Shown here: one piece after another, positions 29,540-40,128 of the stretch
How positions within the stretch are numbered: the first letter of the stretch is position 1
Layout of the letters: each line of letters opens with the position of its first letter
Assembly: GCA_011524535.1 (NCBI GenBank)
Contig: WTKD01000014.1
Span: 28,519-92,518 of the forward strand
Length of the DNA stretch: 64,000 bases
Direction of reading: 5' to 3'
Source of the DNA: Spirochaetaceae bacterium
GTDB lineage: Bacteria; Spirochaetota; Spirochaetia; WTKD01
Position numbers and translations under genes: made by a program
Notes under the pieces: generated by a model
What the model saw: the letters and a program-made list of their open reading frames with translations, nothing else
Databases searched by the model: none
What the model was told of the DNA's origin: nothing

Positions 29540-31273
29540 TTAATATGTCCTTGGTTTTGGCTCCCATCTACTTACATCGACAGAAGAATATGAAATATCT
29601 ATCTCACCTTTCATCCGTACAAGGGAATGCTTCAACCACTCATCATCGTTTCGTTCAGGAAAATCGCTTCTCGCATGTGCTCCACGGCTTTCTTGCCTAT
29701 TCTTGGCCGATACGGCAATGCTATGTGCCACGAGCAGGAGATTTTCTGCTTCGAAATAGGATTGTACTTCTGTATTGAAATTCGAACTTGAGTCTTGCAA
29801 TACAACTCCGCCCATCTCATCTCTCAATGATTTGACGGTTTGAATTGCCTGTTCCATTTCAGACTCGGTTCGATACACTCCAACCTGTTCCATCATCGTT
29901 TGTTTCATTTTCTGAAGGATTGGACCAATTGGTTTCGACGTCTTTTTGTTACGGAGCGATGAAATCCGTGAAATAACAGTATCAGCTCCAGAGGCATCCC
30001 CCGATGGAGAATCTACACCCTGAACATAATCTGCAATATGTTTTCCGGTTCTGCGACCAAATACAACAAGCTCCAAAAGACTGTTTGTACCCAAACGATT
30101 GGCACCGTGGACCGAGACGCAAGCACATTCACCGGCTGCATACAATCCTTCGATCACCCTCTTTCCATCGTGAACACGCCCATCTATATCGGTGGGAATA
30201 CCTCCCATTGCATAGTGAGCTGTCGGCTGTACCGGTATTGGATGTTCTGATGGGTCTATGCCCAAATAGGTTTCACAAAATTCGCATATATCTGGAAGTC
30301 TGCTTTCGATTAGTTTACGTCCAAGATGGCGTGCATCAAGATGCACATAGTCATTAATTTTTTTGTCGCCTCGGATACCATTTCCCTTCAAAAGCTCTTC
30401 ACTGATCGCTCGAGAAACCATGTCCCGCGGAGCAAGGTCGAGGAGCGTTGGAGCATATTCTTCCATGAATGGTGTTCCATGTCTGTTTTTGAGAATGCCC
30501 CCTTCACCGCGCACCCCTTCGGTAATCAAAACTCCCATGCGGTATATACCAGTCGGGTGGAATTGATAAAATTCCATGTCTTGAATCGGGAGTCCTGCCT
30601 TTGCTACAAGCGCCGGACCATCGCCGGTCCCGGAGAGAGCATTGGATGTAACCATAAACACCCGCCCATAGCCACCCGTGGCAAACATGATAGCCTTTGC
30701 ATAAAACACGTGGACATCACCAGTACGAATTTCGTAACACGAAACCCCTTTTGCTCGATTTCCATCCATGATAATGTCCATGGCAAAAAATTCATTAAAA
30801 AATTCAACATTGTTTTCTACACATTGCTGAAAGAGGGTTTGCAAAATCATGTGTCCCGTTCTATCCGCTGCATAGCATGCACGACGCACGGGTCCTTTTC
30901 CAAAATTATTGGTGTGTCCCCCGAAGCGTCTCTGGGCAATTTTCCCATTCTCAAGGCGACTAAATGCAAGTCCCCGATGCTCAAGGTCATATACAACCTT
31001 CACTGCATCTTCAGCTAATACCTGGGCTGCTTTCTGGTCGGTGAGATAATCGCCTCCCTTTACCGTATCGTATGCGTGCCAGTCTGGATGATCTTCTTCC
31101 AAATTACCCAACGCCGCGGCAATACCGCCTTGTGCAGCCCCTGTGTGGCTACGCTGCGGATACAGTTTTGAGACAACTGCTGTCTTGCATTTTTTTGAAG
31201 CTTCAAGCGCTGCATATAATCCCGCTCCGCCTCCTCCAACAATTACCGTATCAAACTTGTGTACGTGTACCAT
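29540..31273 (-). CDS. sdhA: Succinate dehydrogenase / fumarate reductase flavoprotein subunit
   Basis: FAD dinucleotide fold at the N-terminus ([10 protein letters not shown]) and the covalent-FAD His region ([10 protein letters not shown]) at 577 aa. Confidence 0.9.
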   Translation of the reverse strand: MVHVHKFDTVIVGGGGAGLYAALEASKKCKTAVVSKLYPQRSHTGAAQGGIAAALGNLEEDHPDWHAYDTVKGGDYLTDQKAAQVLAEDAVKVVYDLEHRGLAFSRLENGKIAQRRFGGHTNNFGKGPVRRACYAADRTGHMILQTLFQQCVENNVEFFNEFFAMDIIMDGNRAKGVSCYEIRTGDVHVFYAKAIMFATGGYGRVFMVTSNALSGTGDGPALVAKAGLPIQDMEFYQFHPTGIYRMGVLITEGVRGEGGILKNRHGTPFMEEYAPTLLDLAPRDMVSRAISEELLKGNGIRGDKKINDYVHLDARHLGRKLIESRLPDICEFCETYLGIDPSEHPIPVQPTAHYAMGGIPTDIDGRVHDGKRVIEGLYAAGECACVSVHGANRLGTNSLLELVVFGRRTGKHIADYVQGVDSPSGDASGADTVISRISSLRNKKTSKPIGPILQKMKQTMMEQVGVYRTESEMEQAIQTVKSLRDEMGGVVLQDSSSNFNTEVQSYFEAENLLLVAHSIAVSAKNRQESRGAHARSDFPERNDDEWLKHSLVRMKGEIDISYSSVDVSRWEPKPRTY

Positions 31274-31422
31274 AAAAACTCCTAGAGTGATTCCTGCCTC
31301 ATTTACGTCTTATCTTCGATGAATGATCACGAATACAAGACCTGTTACGAGTGTATACCACTGCGTCACCAATGAAAACATCAATACTAACCATCAAATC
31401 TCGTAATCCTACCAAGACTCAT

Positions 31423-31863
31423 CTAGGCAAAATATTTATTCTTTATATGCTCCTCGGCTTTTTCAAGAGCTTTCTGTATGGCTGTAAAGGTGATCAATTT
31501 CAGCGCCTTGGGAGCAGGAAGCCAGGCTGCGGTTTCTATTTCTGATTGCTGTATCGCAAAGGCGGTCGATTCTGCCTTTCCCAAGAATAATGTCACTGTT
31601 TTCTGAATAATATTCGAAGAATCATTAGACTCTAATTCATATTCATATTCATAAAAAAAGTTCGGAATGATTCTTGCTTGAATATTTACTTCTTCTTTGA
31701 GTTCCCGTAATGCAGTATCAATAGGACCTTCTGTTGACTCTGGGTGCCCCTTCGGAAACGACCATGATGGCGAGTTGATTTGTTTGATGCATAAATATTG
31801 TATCTCCTCAGAGAGTTTTTCTGTAAAAGGAATAACGCCATAACAGTGCGTAAGTTTAGTCAC
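31423..31863 (-). CDS. NUDIX hydrolase
   Basis: The Nudix box GHPESTEGPIDTALRELKEEVNI is present. Confidence 0.75.
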   Translation of the reverse strand: MTKLTHCYGVIPFTEKLSEEIQYLCIKQINSPSWSFPKGHPESTEGPIDTALRELKEEVNIQARIIPNFFYEYEYELESNDSSNIIQKTVTLFLGKAESTAFAIQQSEIETAAWLPAPKALKLITFTAIQKALEKAEEHIKNKYFA

Positions 31864-31879
31864 ATCGCTTAATTATACG

Positions 31880-33175
31880 TTGTTAAAGATACTATATCAA
31901 AGTAGTCTGAAGAATGAACCTTTTTCCACCTTATATCCAGGTATATATCATGTTATGAATATTCATTGGTCGATAATGCTTAGTTTGTATGTGATGCCCT
32001 TGAGCATACTTTGGTACACAACCTATGTTCTGAGATCGCATATATCGGGCTTTTTGGGAAGCTATGGTTCGCTCGCCTTCCTGCGGATATGCATAGGGGT
32101 AATCCATCAGGCCCAATACACATCATCCGGCACTGCTCCTGCCCTATTCGATGGTATCTTCGCCCAACTGTATCCAACAATACTTTGTCTAGAATTGATA
32201 ACACCACGAGTAGCAGACAATGAATATATTTTTAGTAGAAACAACGAAGTATTTTCCGATTCAAGGATAACCCAGCCGATCTATTCTATAGCCGCCGTTC
32301 TCGGGATGGCCATCATCACGATCATGTGGTTTCCATTACCGAACATTTCTCATATTCGTTTTTATGCTGTTATCAGTGCTTTGTTACTTTGCTCGGGTTT
32401 GTACACACATATCGCTTTCAGACATTCCAGAAAAACCATCTTTCATTTTGATATTTCGGGGTGGATATGGGCACGCATAGGATTTCTCCTTATGGCAAGC
32501 TCTACATTTTTTGAATATCTTGTCTTTGCTTTCCAGCTCTACACGCCTTACAACTATCTGTACTGGTTTGGGCTTGCGCATGCTCCTTTCATTTTTGCCC
32601 TACAAACGGTGAATTGGTCCCTAATAACCCGGAAGAATCGACATATTGCAGCGGTGCAATCCCTAGTATTGATTGATTCTTTGACAAACGCATATAACAG
32701 ACGGGCATTCAACGAACACATGAAATCGTTAAAACGCGAGATTTACAAAAAAAATCAACATTTTGCACTGATTTACATAGATATTGATAAATTCAAAACT
32801 ATAAACGATTCATTAAACCATATCACTGGGGATAACGTTCTACGAATATTTTCCCAACGCATCATGCGGCTCCTAAGAAAAGAAGATAAGCTCTTCAGGC
32901 TTGGCGGCGACGAATTCGTCACCTATATTTCGATTCGCTCCGAAAAACCGCAGCATATGTTGGAATCAGTAACTAAGCGTATCATCGCAGAAACCTGCTC
33001 TCGTCCCTATAGTTTCAACGGAAAAAAACTCCATATCTCGTGCAGCATGGGGGTTGCTCTCTATCCTTCCGACAAAATACCACTAGACAAATTGGTAGAA
33101 AGTGCAGACAACAGTATGATGGTTGCAAAGAAGCAACCATCATCTTCGGTAGTTTTTCACAGAAATAGAAAATAA
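31880..33175 (+). CDS. Membrane-anchored diguanylate cyclase (GGDEF domain); the start may be an internal Met near 31955
   Basis: Multi-TM N-terminal domain. The C-terminal GGDEF domain has an intact RLGGDEF motif. Confidence 0.8.
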   Translation: MLKILYQSSLKNEPFSTLYPGIYHVMNIHWSIMLSLYVMPLSILWYTTYVLRSHISGFLGSYGSLAFLRICIGVIHQAQYTSSGTAPALFDGIFAQLYPTILCLELITPRVADNEYIFSRNNEVFSDSRITQPIYSIAAVLGMAIITIMWFPLPNISHIRFYAVISALLLCSGLYTHIAFRHSRKTIFHFDISGWIWARIGFLLMASSTFFEYLVFAFQLYTPYNYLYWFGLAHAPFIFALQTVNWSLITRKNRHIAAVQSLVLIDSLTNAYNRRAFNEHMKSLKREIYKKNQHFALIYIDIDKFKTINDSLNHITGDNVLRIFSQRIMRLLRKEDKLFRLGGDEFVTYISIRSEKPQHMLESVTKRIIAETCSRPYSFNGKKLHISCSMGVALYPSDKIPLDKLVESADNSMMVAKKQPSSSVVFHRNRK

Positions 33176-33178
33176 AAT

Positions 33179-33251
33179 CGCGCCTAAGAGGATTTGAACC
33201 TCTGACCAATGGCTTAGAAGGCCACTGCTCTATCCACTGAGCTACAGGCGC
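33179..33251 (-). tRNA. tRNA-Arg, anticodon TCT
   Basis: Reverse-complement folds with anticodon loop CTTCTAA and T-loop TTCAAAT. Confidence 0.8.
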
Positions 33252-33343
33252 CTATATGAATACTAAGAACATACAAAAAATTTTGCAAGAATTCACAAAA
33301 ATAGAATGGCACCCTGGCATCTACAGATAAACAATAAAATAAA

Positions 33344-33416
33344 TCGGGATGAGAGGATTTGAACCTCCGATCTCCTGCTCCCAAAGCAGGCGCCTTAGCC
33401 ACTAGGCTACATCCCG
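33344..33416 (-). tRNA. tRNA-Pro, anticodon TGG
   Basis: Reverse-complement folds: acceptor CGGGATG/CATCCCG and anticodon stem CCTGC/GCAGG with loop TTTGGGA. Confidence 0.8.
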
Positions 33417-33547
33417 TATAGCGAAGTATACTCGCTAGTTTGCATGTAATGCAATAATATTATGATACTTGATGATCACATAGATCCGTCTAATAAATAT
33501 CTACACTTTATCTGATATCCTCACAGGATATTGCATTTAGTATTACA

Positions 33548-34207
33548 ATGAGTAGTATGCAAGAGTCTCATTCCTATACTGCCTCAATTTCCGATGTTCT
33601 GCTCCCTGAGCTCCACGCATTGTATCCAAAACCAATTACATTGCTTACATACAACAATCCATTCGAATTACTCGTGAAAGTAATGCTTTCTGCGCAATGC
33701 AGCGATGCTCAAGTAAATAAAATTGCACCCAGGTTGTTTGAAGCTTATCCTGATGCAAGAGCCCTTTCACGTGCACGCGTGGCTGATGTAGCACGCATCA
33801 TACGTCCCCTCGGATATTTCAACACTAAATCGAATTATTGCATACAGATAGCACAATCGGTCCTTGCACAGGGGGGGGTTCCAGATACTCTGGAGGCCTT
33901 ATGTGCGATGCCTGGCGTAGGAAAAAAATCCGCTTCGGTCATATTGTATGTTGTATTCAAAAAACCCGCTCTCATAGTTGATAGACATGTTGCCCGAGTC
34001 GCTTCGCGCCTTGGTTTGGCTCCAGGGGATGCAAGCATCCCCAAAGTTGAAACATCTATGGCACTCTGTTGTAAAAGAGAAGATTGGGGAAGTATATCGA
34101 TGTTATTGAACTATCACGGACGCTTTGTGTGCAAGGCAAGAACCCCTTTATGTCAATCCTGCTCGCTGAATACACATTGCGCGTTTTTCAATAACACCGA
34201 TTCCTAG
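33548..34207 (+). CDS. nth: Endonuclease III (DNA-(apurinic or apyrimidinic site) lyase)
   Basis: HhH-GPD region and C-terminal 4Fe-4S cluster loop CxxxxxxCxxCxxxxxC (CKARTPLCQSCSLNTHC). Confidence 0.9.
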   Translation: MSSMQESHSYTASISDVLLPELHALYPKPITLLTYNNPFELLVKVMLSAQCSDAQVNKIAPRLFEAYPDARALSRARVADVARIIRPLGYFNTKSNYCIQIAQSVLAQGGVPDTLEALCAMPGVGKKSASVILYVVFKKPALIVDRHVARVASRLGLAPGDASIPKVETSMALCCKREDWGSISMLLNYHGRFVCKARTPLCQSCSLNTHCAFFNNTDS

Positions 34208-34295
34208 CCCTCCTAATCGTCACATTTGTCATATGTGTAGCAACAGACTGCTATTTACACAAAGAAATGCCTCTCTTTTTTTCGTGACTAGTTCG

Positions 34296-35093
34296 TCACA
34301 CCCTCTCCTGGCGGCTCAGTTTCTGTTCAAATTCTATAGAGCTTCTCATTCCCACCATAGTTGATGATATATTCTGTACTGGGCACATAACTCGAATTAT
34401 GGACAAAGATAATGCCCTTGTGGCACTTTCTAACACTCCTTTTCTCGTCTTTTGAAGACCTTTCATCGTGCAATCTCGAATAAGCTCGAGTTCTTCTACC
34501 GAATGCATTTCTACCAGCCCGTACCCACTTGCTCCTAAATCCCCCGCTCCTCCAAAAATATGGGATACATAGACCATAGCTTCATATGCGCCCTTGCGAT
34601 CAAGGGAGTCAACCCACAGAGAATCCAAGAAATCCTTGCACGGAAGGTCTGCGGACAACTCAAGCGTACAATACATTCCTAGAATGCTCCTCTTGATCTG
34701 AGGAATAGTCGTCTGGCGTAGGTTCACCGGATTTCTTTTTGCCTCTCGCAAAAGAAGCGAACGTTCTGGCATTGTTTTTAGAACCCCTATACATATGGCT
34801 GGTTGAAGCATCGGAAGTAGATGGACAGACTTTTTATTATCACCCCCGTCACTAAGTATTGGCGAACATTCCTTGAATAAATACCGTTGCATGGTTTCGT
34901 ATTCATACCTAATATTTCCAGGGAGAAGAAGAGCACATATGTATTGTTCGGTACCCTCGCGTTGTGCAGGCATCTCGCTATAGGTATCATTTCGACGCTC
35001 AACGTCCTTCTTCTTTTTCATGCATAAAATTGTACCCAAAACAATACCCTTGGTCTGCATATAAAGAATAACGCCTCTGTCTATGTGTTTCAC
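34296..35093 (-). CDS. Hypothetical protein, 265 aa
   Basis: ORF only, with no recognised motif. Confidence 0.4.
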   Translation of the reverse strand: MKHIDRGVILYMQTKGIVLGTILCMKKKKDVERRNDTYSEMPAQREGTEQYICALLLPGNIRYEYETMQRYLFKECSPILSDGGDNKKSVHLLPMLQPAICIGVLKTMPERSLLLREAKRNPVNLRQTTIPQIKRSILGMYCTLELSADLPCKDFLDSLWVDSLDRKGAYEAMVYVSHIFGGAGDLGASGYGLVEMHSVEELELIRDCTMKGLQKTRKGVLESATRALSLSIIRVMCPVQNISSTMVGMRSSIEFEQKLSRQERV

Positions 35094-35200
35094 TTTTTAA
35101 AGAATCCGTCGGAAACAAGACGATCCCTAGGGGTCTGTACTTGCTTCAATCGAGATGACAGAAAAAAAGTAACCCCCTATACTAGATATTAGATCATTCT

Positions 35201-36880
35201 ATGTTCATACACTATCTAATACTTAGTAGGGCTCTTGGTGTAGTATTGCTCGGCGTTGTGTTGATTTCTTTCGCATCGTGCTCCCGTGAAATATCCTTTG
35301 TGTCCCCAGATGCTAAATTTTCAGATATAACCATTGTTGAACCTTGGTACGAACGCTCTTCGCTTACATTCAATCCAGAAATACCCCTCCATACCGGAGA
35401 TATCCTTTCAATCACCACAACCAATACAAGTGACTCAATCACCTCAACCCAAAGCAATGTCATCGTTTTGTTGCAGGATGACACCGAAATAGCAAGATTC
35501 GCATGGAAGCCCTTACCTGCGGACCGACCAATCACACGTACGATGGTTTTTGAAAGCCCAAATGAGCTTCAGACCGCCGTTGACTCGGCAAAAGTATATA
35601 CTGCTGAAACATCAGAGATCGAAATACAGAACCTAGGCGTCAATAACTCCCCTGCCTATAGCTATATCAGGACCGATCAAGCGATCCAAATACCCAACGA
35701 CTGGGTAATCATTAGCAGCGAAGATGGTACAAAACAAACAGAGCAAATCGTCTTTTCGACTCCTCTCGACGGACCAGCATCCCTCCTTATTCGAACGGGA
35801 ATAGAGCTAGGATCTGTGTCTGCAGCGCTATATCTCACCGATCGCCAGGAAGAACCCTATACCAAACGATATACATTAAGCGATTCTTACGAGAACGCAT
35901 TGTATGCGCTGACAATTCCAAATACAGCTACAATAACCAGCCTGACGCTAGAAGGAATTACAAATAACGGCGACTCGAGGGCTCAGAACCCTGCCTCTCC
36001 AAATATTATTACAGAATTAACCGTCTCTTCCTCAGAAATCTTTCCCGCTCCAATAGACACCGATATCGGTCATATGCTCGAAAACCCACCAGATCAATGG
36101 CGAAATTCCACTGCTGAATTGTATAGCTGGAGCAATTATCCCAGTATATTGGTCTTAGTTTCGCAAACACTCGGCATTCAAAGCCGTTATTTCAAACGAC
36201 TGGCCTTCTTTGCCGAAAAACGTGATTTCCGAGGAACTATTTTGAGCGATTCCGAGCTAGTAGGACGCCATGGCTGGAATGCCCACAACTATCACAGCTC
36301 TGACCTTGCGCGCTTCTTCTCCTTGGTTGAAGAAGAAATACTAACAGAAGAAGAAAAAAGTTTGCGGGATATTCTTATATATAACAAGATTATTATTCCC
36401 GATGTGTCTGGGTTTATTGCAGGATCGGAATCATCTGGAATTCTCGGTATTTCCTGGGATCTTGGTGAATATCTCCGACTCCTGCTCCTGACTCATGAAG
36501 CTCTCCACGGACTCTATTACGCAGAACCCTCATTTCAAACAAAAGTGGAAGATATCTGGGAAAGATTGACCCCCGAGATGCAAACATTTTTCCAATTTAT
36601 GTTCTCCGCATATAGCTATGATGGAAGTCATATTCCCCTCGTGCAAAACGAAATGCAGGCCTATCTTTTGCAACAACCCATTGGAAATTTTGATTCTGCT
36701 ATGCGTAGGGTGGAAAATAACCTAAAACGCTTCCGCCCGGCAAACGCCTCCTATATCGAAGATTTTTTTGAGAATCATATCGAAATTCTGCGCAGCCTTG
36801 CCGTAGAATTGGATAGTTTTCTAAAAGAACAATTCGGATTATCTTCTGGAGATTTGTCGCGGGTAACATACACCCCCTGA
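35201..36880 (+). CDS. Hypothetical lipoprotein, 559 aa
   Basis: Signal peptide with a lipobox-like ISFASC. No recognised catalytic motif. Confidence 0.5.
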   Translation: MFIHYLILSRALGVVLLGVVLISFASCSREISFVSPDAKFSDITIVEPWYERSSLTFNPEIPLHTGDILSITTTNTSDSITSTQSNVIVLLQDDTEIARFAWKPLPADRPITRTMVFESPNELQTAVDSAKVYTAETSEIEIQNLGVNNSPAYSYIRTDQAIQIPNDWVIISSEDGTKQTEQIVFSTPLDGPASLLIRTGIELGSVSAALYLTDRQEEPYTKRYTLSDSYENALYALTIPNTATITSLTLEGITNNGDSRAQNPASPNIITELTVSSSEIFPAPIDTDIGHMLENPPDQWRNSTAELYSWSNYPSILVLVSQTLGIQSRYFKRLAFFAEKRDFRGTILSDSELVGRHGWNAHNYHSSDLARFFSLVEEEILTEEEKSLRDILIYNKIIIPDVSGFIAGSESSGILGISWDLGEYLRLLLLTHEALHGLYYAEPSFQTKVEDIWERLTPEMQTFFQFMFSAYSYDGSHIPLVQNEMQAYLLQQPIGNFDSAMRRVENNLKRFRPANASYIEDFFENHIEILRSLAVELDSFLKEQFGLSSGDLSRVTYTP

Positions 36881-37060
36881 ATTCTCTAAAGAAATTAGAA
36901 AGAATCGAAAACGTATTGTTGGCATCTAAGGATGTACATTTAATCACAAAGTAGGCCTGTATTCCTTTGTTATTACCCAAAACTATCGGTTCGGTGATAC
37001 TCTACTAGAATTTTCCGTTGTACTAGATGTAACGAGACTATGGATGCTGACTAATTGGGT

Positions 37061-38101
37061 TCAATTGTTAAGAAGTCGATCAGCGCTATCACGCAAATCC
37101 TTCAAATAGCCCTGTTTTTGTTCTTCGGAAGCGAAGCTTGCCGTGATGTTGTATTCGAGTACTTTCACGATATCACTCAAGGAAAAATTGCAATGTTTAT
37201 GCAGCCGATAAAATTCATCGTTCAATTCTACATCAAAAAGAATAGGATCATCGGTGTTCACTGTAACAACAACACCTTGCTCAAAAAAATTGCGGATAGG
37301 GTGTTGCTCATAGGTGGACACAAACTTTTTGGTAATACAATTGCTCGCTGGACAGATTTCTAATGGTATTTTGTTTTCGGAAAGATGGACTACGAGGTCT
37401 TTATCAAACATAGCCGACGTTCCGTGTCCTATTCTTTGTACCCGCAGCAATAAAACAGCATCCCAAATACTTCTGGAATCGGTCTCTTCTCCTGCATGAC
37501 ACACGGTGTTTAGACCAAAATCACGAGCTTTTGAAAATATATCAGCATATAGATGACCAGGGTATTTGGATTCAAGTCCCCCCATGCCCATCGCTGCAAT
37601 ATGCTCAATACCATGCATGTCGATATGGCGTTTCATGATCTGGAAATTTTCTTGCGCATTCGCATACCCAAATCCACGAGAAATATCGATGATGAGGCAT
37701 ATCTCTATGCCATGCTTCCTTTTTGCTTCCGCCAAGTATCCAGTGAGCGTAAACAAAATATCAGCTACATTGAGTTTGTTCTTTTTCGGCATCGTAAGAG
37801 AAAAATGAGTCTCAATATAAACAATTTTATTGTTCTTACAATAGGTGACTATATCATCTACCAGGTATGAGTAGTCCTCTGGCATCCTAAAATATTGCTG
37901 AAGGTATATGAAATTTCCTATCATATCCGCCAAGCTATTTATGTTCAGAAGCACCTTATAGTCTTCTATTGTCTTCAACTTGGAATCGATAGAATACTTC
38001 TCATTCAATTTGAGATATGTCTGAAATTGAACACAAGCTTCTGCGTGTACGTGCAACTCCACTTTCGGAAGTTCATTTATTTTTTTCTTAATCTGACTCA
38101 A
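37061..38101 (-). CDS. add: Adenosine deaminase
   Basis: Motifs KVELHVH, CHAGE, RIGHG and TDDP of the adenosine/AMP deaminase family at 346 aa. Confidence 0.85.
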   Translation of the reverse strand: MSQIKKKINELPKVELHVHAEACVQFQTYLKLNEKYSIDSKLKTIEDYKVLLNINSLADMIGNFIYLQQYFRMPEDYSYLVDDIVTYCKNNKIVYIETHFSLTMPKKNKLNVADILFTLTGYLAEAKRKHGIEICLIIDISRGFGYANAQENFQIMKRHIDMHGIEHIAAMGMGGLESKYPGHLYADIFSKARDFGLNTVCHAGEETDSRSIWDAVLLLRVQRIGHGTSAMFDKDLVVHLSENKIPLEICPASNCITKKFVSTYEQHPIRNFFEQGVVVTVNTDDPILFDVELNDEFYRLHKHCNFSLSDIVKVLEYNITASFASEEQKQGYLKDLRDSADRLLNN

Positions 38102-38222
38102 AGCTCACCTTTTCTAGCCAAGTATTTCTACTACGATTACAAAATACGTGTAGAAACCTTCTTATTACTATCGACAAAGAAACAAAGTGATCTTGAACTT
38201 ATTTTACTAGTAAAATGCCTTG

Positions 38223-39965
38223 CTACGGATTTTTTTTTCGAAAACCCCAAAATAGTCTGCCTTTTTCCATTTTTCTCTGCTCCAGCATGCCTATTGATAG
38301 GGCTCGATCGATCATGGAGTGCATGAGCTTGGACGGAACCTGGTCGAACGAACCCGCAAGGAAATCATTGCTTTGATTCTTCATGCATAAGTACTTAACG
38401 ACTCCACTTGTATCAAATCGATTCATTGTTACGGCGCTATATAGTTCACCCACCCCTACAATAGAAAATTCAACACCAGTACATAGATCACAATTATCGC
38501 AAAACACCGAATCAGCCCCCAAGTGTTTCATTAGCATATTCCTTCTACACCCATAGCTTCTAGTGTAGATATCAAAAAATCTATTTTGCGTATGTCCTGC
38601 TGTATCACTCTTTTCGGTTTGCGGGAGAGTATACTTTGCAGAAATCCCATTTTTTCTTTCGCCTATCTCTTGGAAAGATTCTGCTATTCGATGTTTTTTT
38701 TCCCGTTCCCAGGTCCATTCCCTGCTTATATCCCACAACAATAATGCTTGCGCCGGATTCTTGTCTCGCCCCGCCCGGCCCGCTTCCTGTATATAAGACT
38801 CCGGGGTAGATGATGGTGAAAGATGTATCACTGTTCGTATATTCTTTTTGTCTACACCCATGCCATAAGCACATGTAGCACAGAGAATGCCTCTATCACT
38901 GGCAAAAAACCATCCTTCGGTGTTTTTTTTCTCTTCTCTCGATAACCCAGCATGATAACATCTGATTTCAGAATATCCCAATGTCGACCTCAAGAGCCAT
39001 GCACAATATTCTGTCTTGTTTCGAGTAGGGCAAAAAATAATACAAGGAACCTCTATCCGCGGATAGAATCGCTGATGCACCCATTTTTTGTATACATTTT
39101 GACTGCCTCCACGTAGCGATTTTGATTTCTTAAATATCTTATCCCAAAATTTTTTTTCTGCTTCCTTTTTTGTTTGATTTTCACCCTGCTGTATTCTTTT
39201 GAGGCTAACGCTAATCATCATCAAGAGGGACACTAGAGAATGGAGGCAGGGAATCACCGCATATCCTATATTCATACGATCTGGGTTTCCCGACACAACA
39301 TTCATATGTTTATCTTCAAACAACAAGGACCGTATTCCATCGATTATCGCGGGGGATGCCGTTGCGGTAAAGGCAGTAACCATTTTCGGAGCGCATTCGT
39401 GGATTATTTCAGGCAACATGAGATAAGATTTTCGAAATGTAGTTCCCCATTGCACAATACAATGAGCTTCATCGATGACAAAATGAGATACATGTATCCG
39501 AGAGAGATCTTTCCTCAGCGAAGACATGTACAAGGCCTCGGGATTTGTCAGTAACACAACCCTTTTTTTCTCTTGCATACTATGTGCTATATGTTCCACA
39601 TCGACCTTCGATAACCCTCCGCGGAGTATCAATGGAACAAGACCAACCGATGCCATACGTCTCGCCTGATCGTTTAGCAAACTGATGAGGGGATATACCA
39701 CCACTGTAACTCCAGAATAGAAATAAGGAGGAAGTTGAAAACACAGACTTTTTCCAGCCCCTGTTGGAAGAATAACCAATTGATGATCTCTTTTATCCCT
39801 CTCTTCGTCCAACCAGACGCTATGCGTATGCAAAGAATACGATGAGATATCTCTTCCTCCAGAAATCGCTTCAAGTATGTTCGCAATGACTAGTCTTTGC
39901 ATCGGATACAGGTAATCAAGACCAAAATATTTCTTTGCGCAATCTAACACAGGGTCCACATACAC
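38223..39965 (-). CDS. recQ: RecQ-family ATP-dependent DNA helicase
   Basis: Helicase motifs I (PTGAGKSLCFQLP), II (DEAH) and III (TATA) are present, with a Cys-rich C-terminal region. Confidence 0.85.
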   Translation of the reverse strand: MYVDPVLDCAKKYFGLDYLYPMQRLVIANILEAISGGRDISSYSLHTHSVWLDEERDKRDHQLVILPTGAGKSLCFQLPPYFYSGVTVVVYPLISLLNDQARRMASVGLVPLILRGGLSKVDVEHIAHSMQEKKRVVLLTNPEALYMSSLRKDLSRIHVSHFVIDEAHCIVQWGTTFRKSYLMLPEIIHECAPKMVTAFTATASPAIIDGIRSLLFEDKHMNVVSGNPDRMNIGYAVIPCLHSLVSLLMMISVSLKRIQQGENQTKKEAEKKFWDKIFKKSKSLRGGSQNVYKKWVHQRFYPRIEVPCIIFCPTRNKTEYCAWLLRSTLGYSEIRCYHAGLSREEKKNTEGWFFASDRGILCATCAYGMGVDKKNIRTVIHLSPSSTPESYIQEAGRAGRDKNPAQALLLWDISREWTWEREKKHRIAESFQEIGERKNGISAKYTLPQTEKSDTAGHTQNRFFDIYTRSYGCRRNMLMKHLGADSVFCDNCDLCTGVEFSIVGVGELYSAVTMNRFDTSGVVKYLCMKNQSNDFLAGSFDQVPSKLMHSMIDRALSIGMLEQRKMEKGRLFWGFRKKNP

Positions 39966-40128
39966 ATTACAAGAAAGTAAATCATCTCACTTCAAGCTAT
40001 TAGATATAAATTGTGCTATTATTTCAGTAAAGAAAGAATACTCTAAATTTGTGATTATAACGCAAACTACAAAACTATTTATTGTTTTCTTGCCACATCC
40101 CAAAATAAAGAATATCATGCCAGTATAC

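Noticed and set aside
37061-39965. The adenosine deaminase next to a large helicase/ATPase gene could be a RADAR-like (RdrA/RdrB) anti-phage system.
   Set aside because: The deaminase is of housekeeping size (346 aa) with all canonical Add motifs, whereas RdrB is roughly three times larger. The partner carries classic RecQ helicase motifs I-III (DEAH) rather than an AAA+ RdrA-type ATPase. The two look like ordinary add and recQ.
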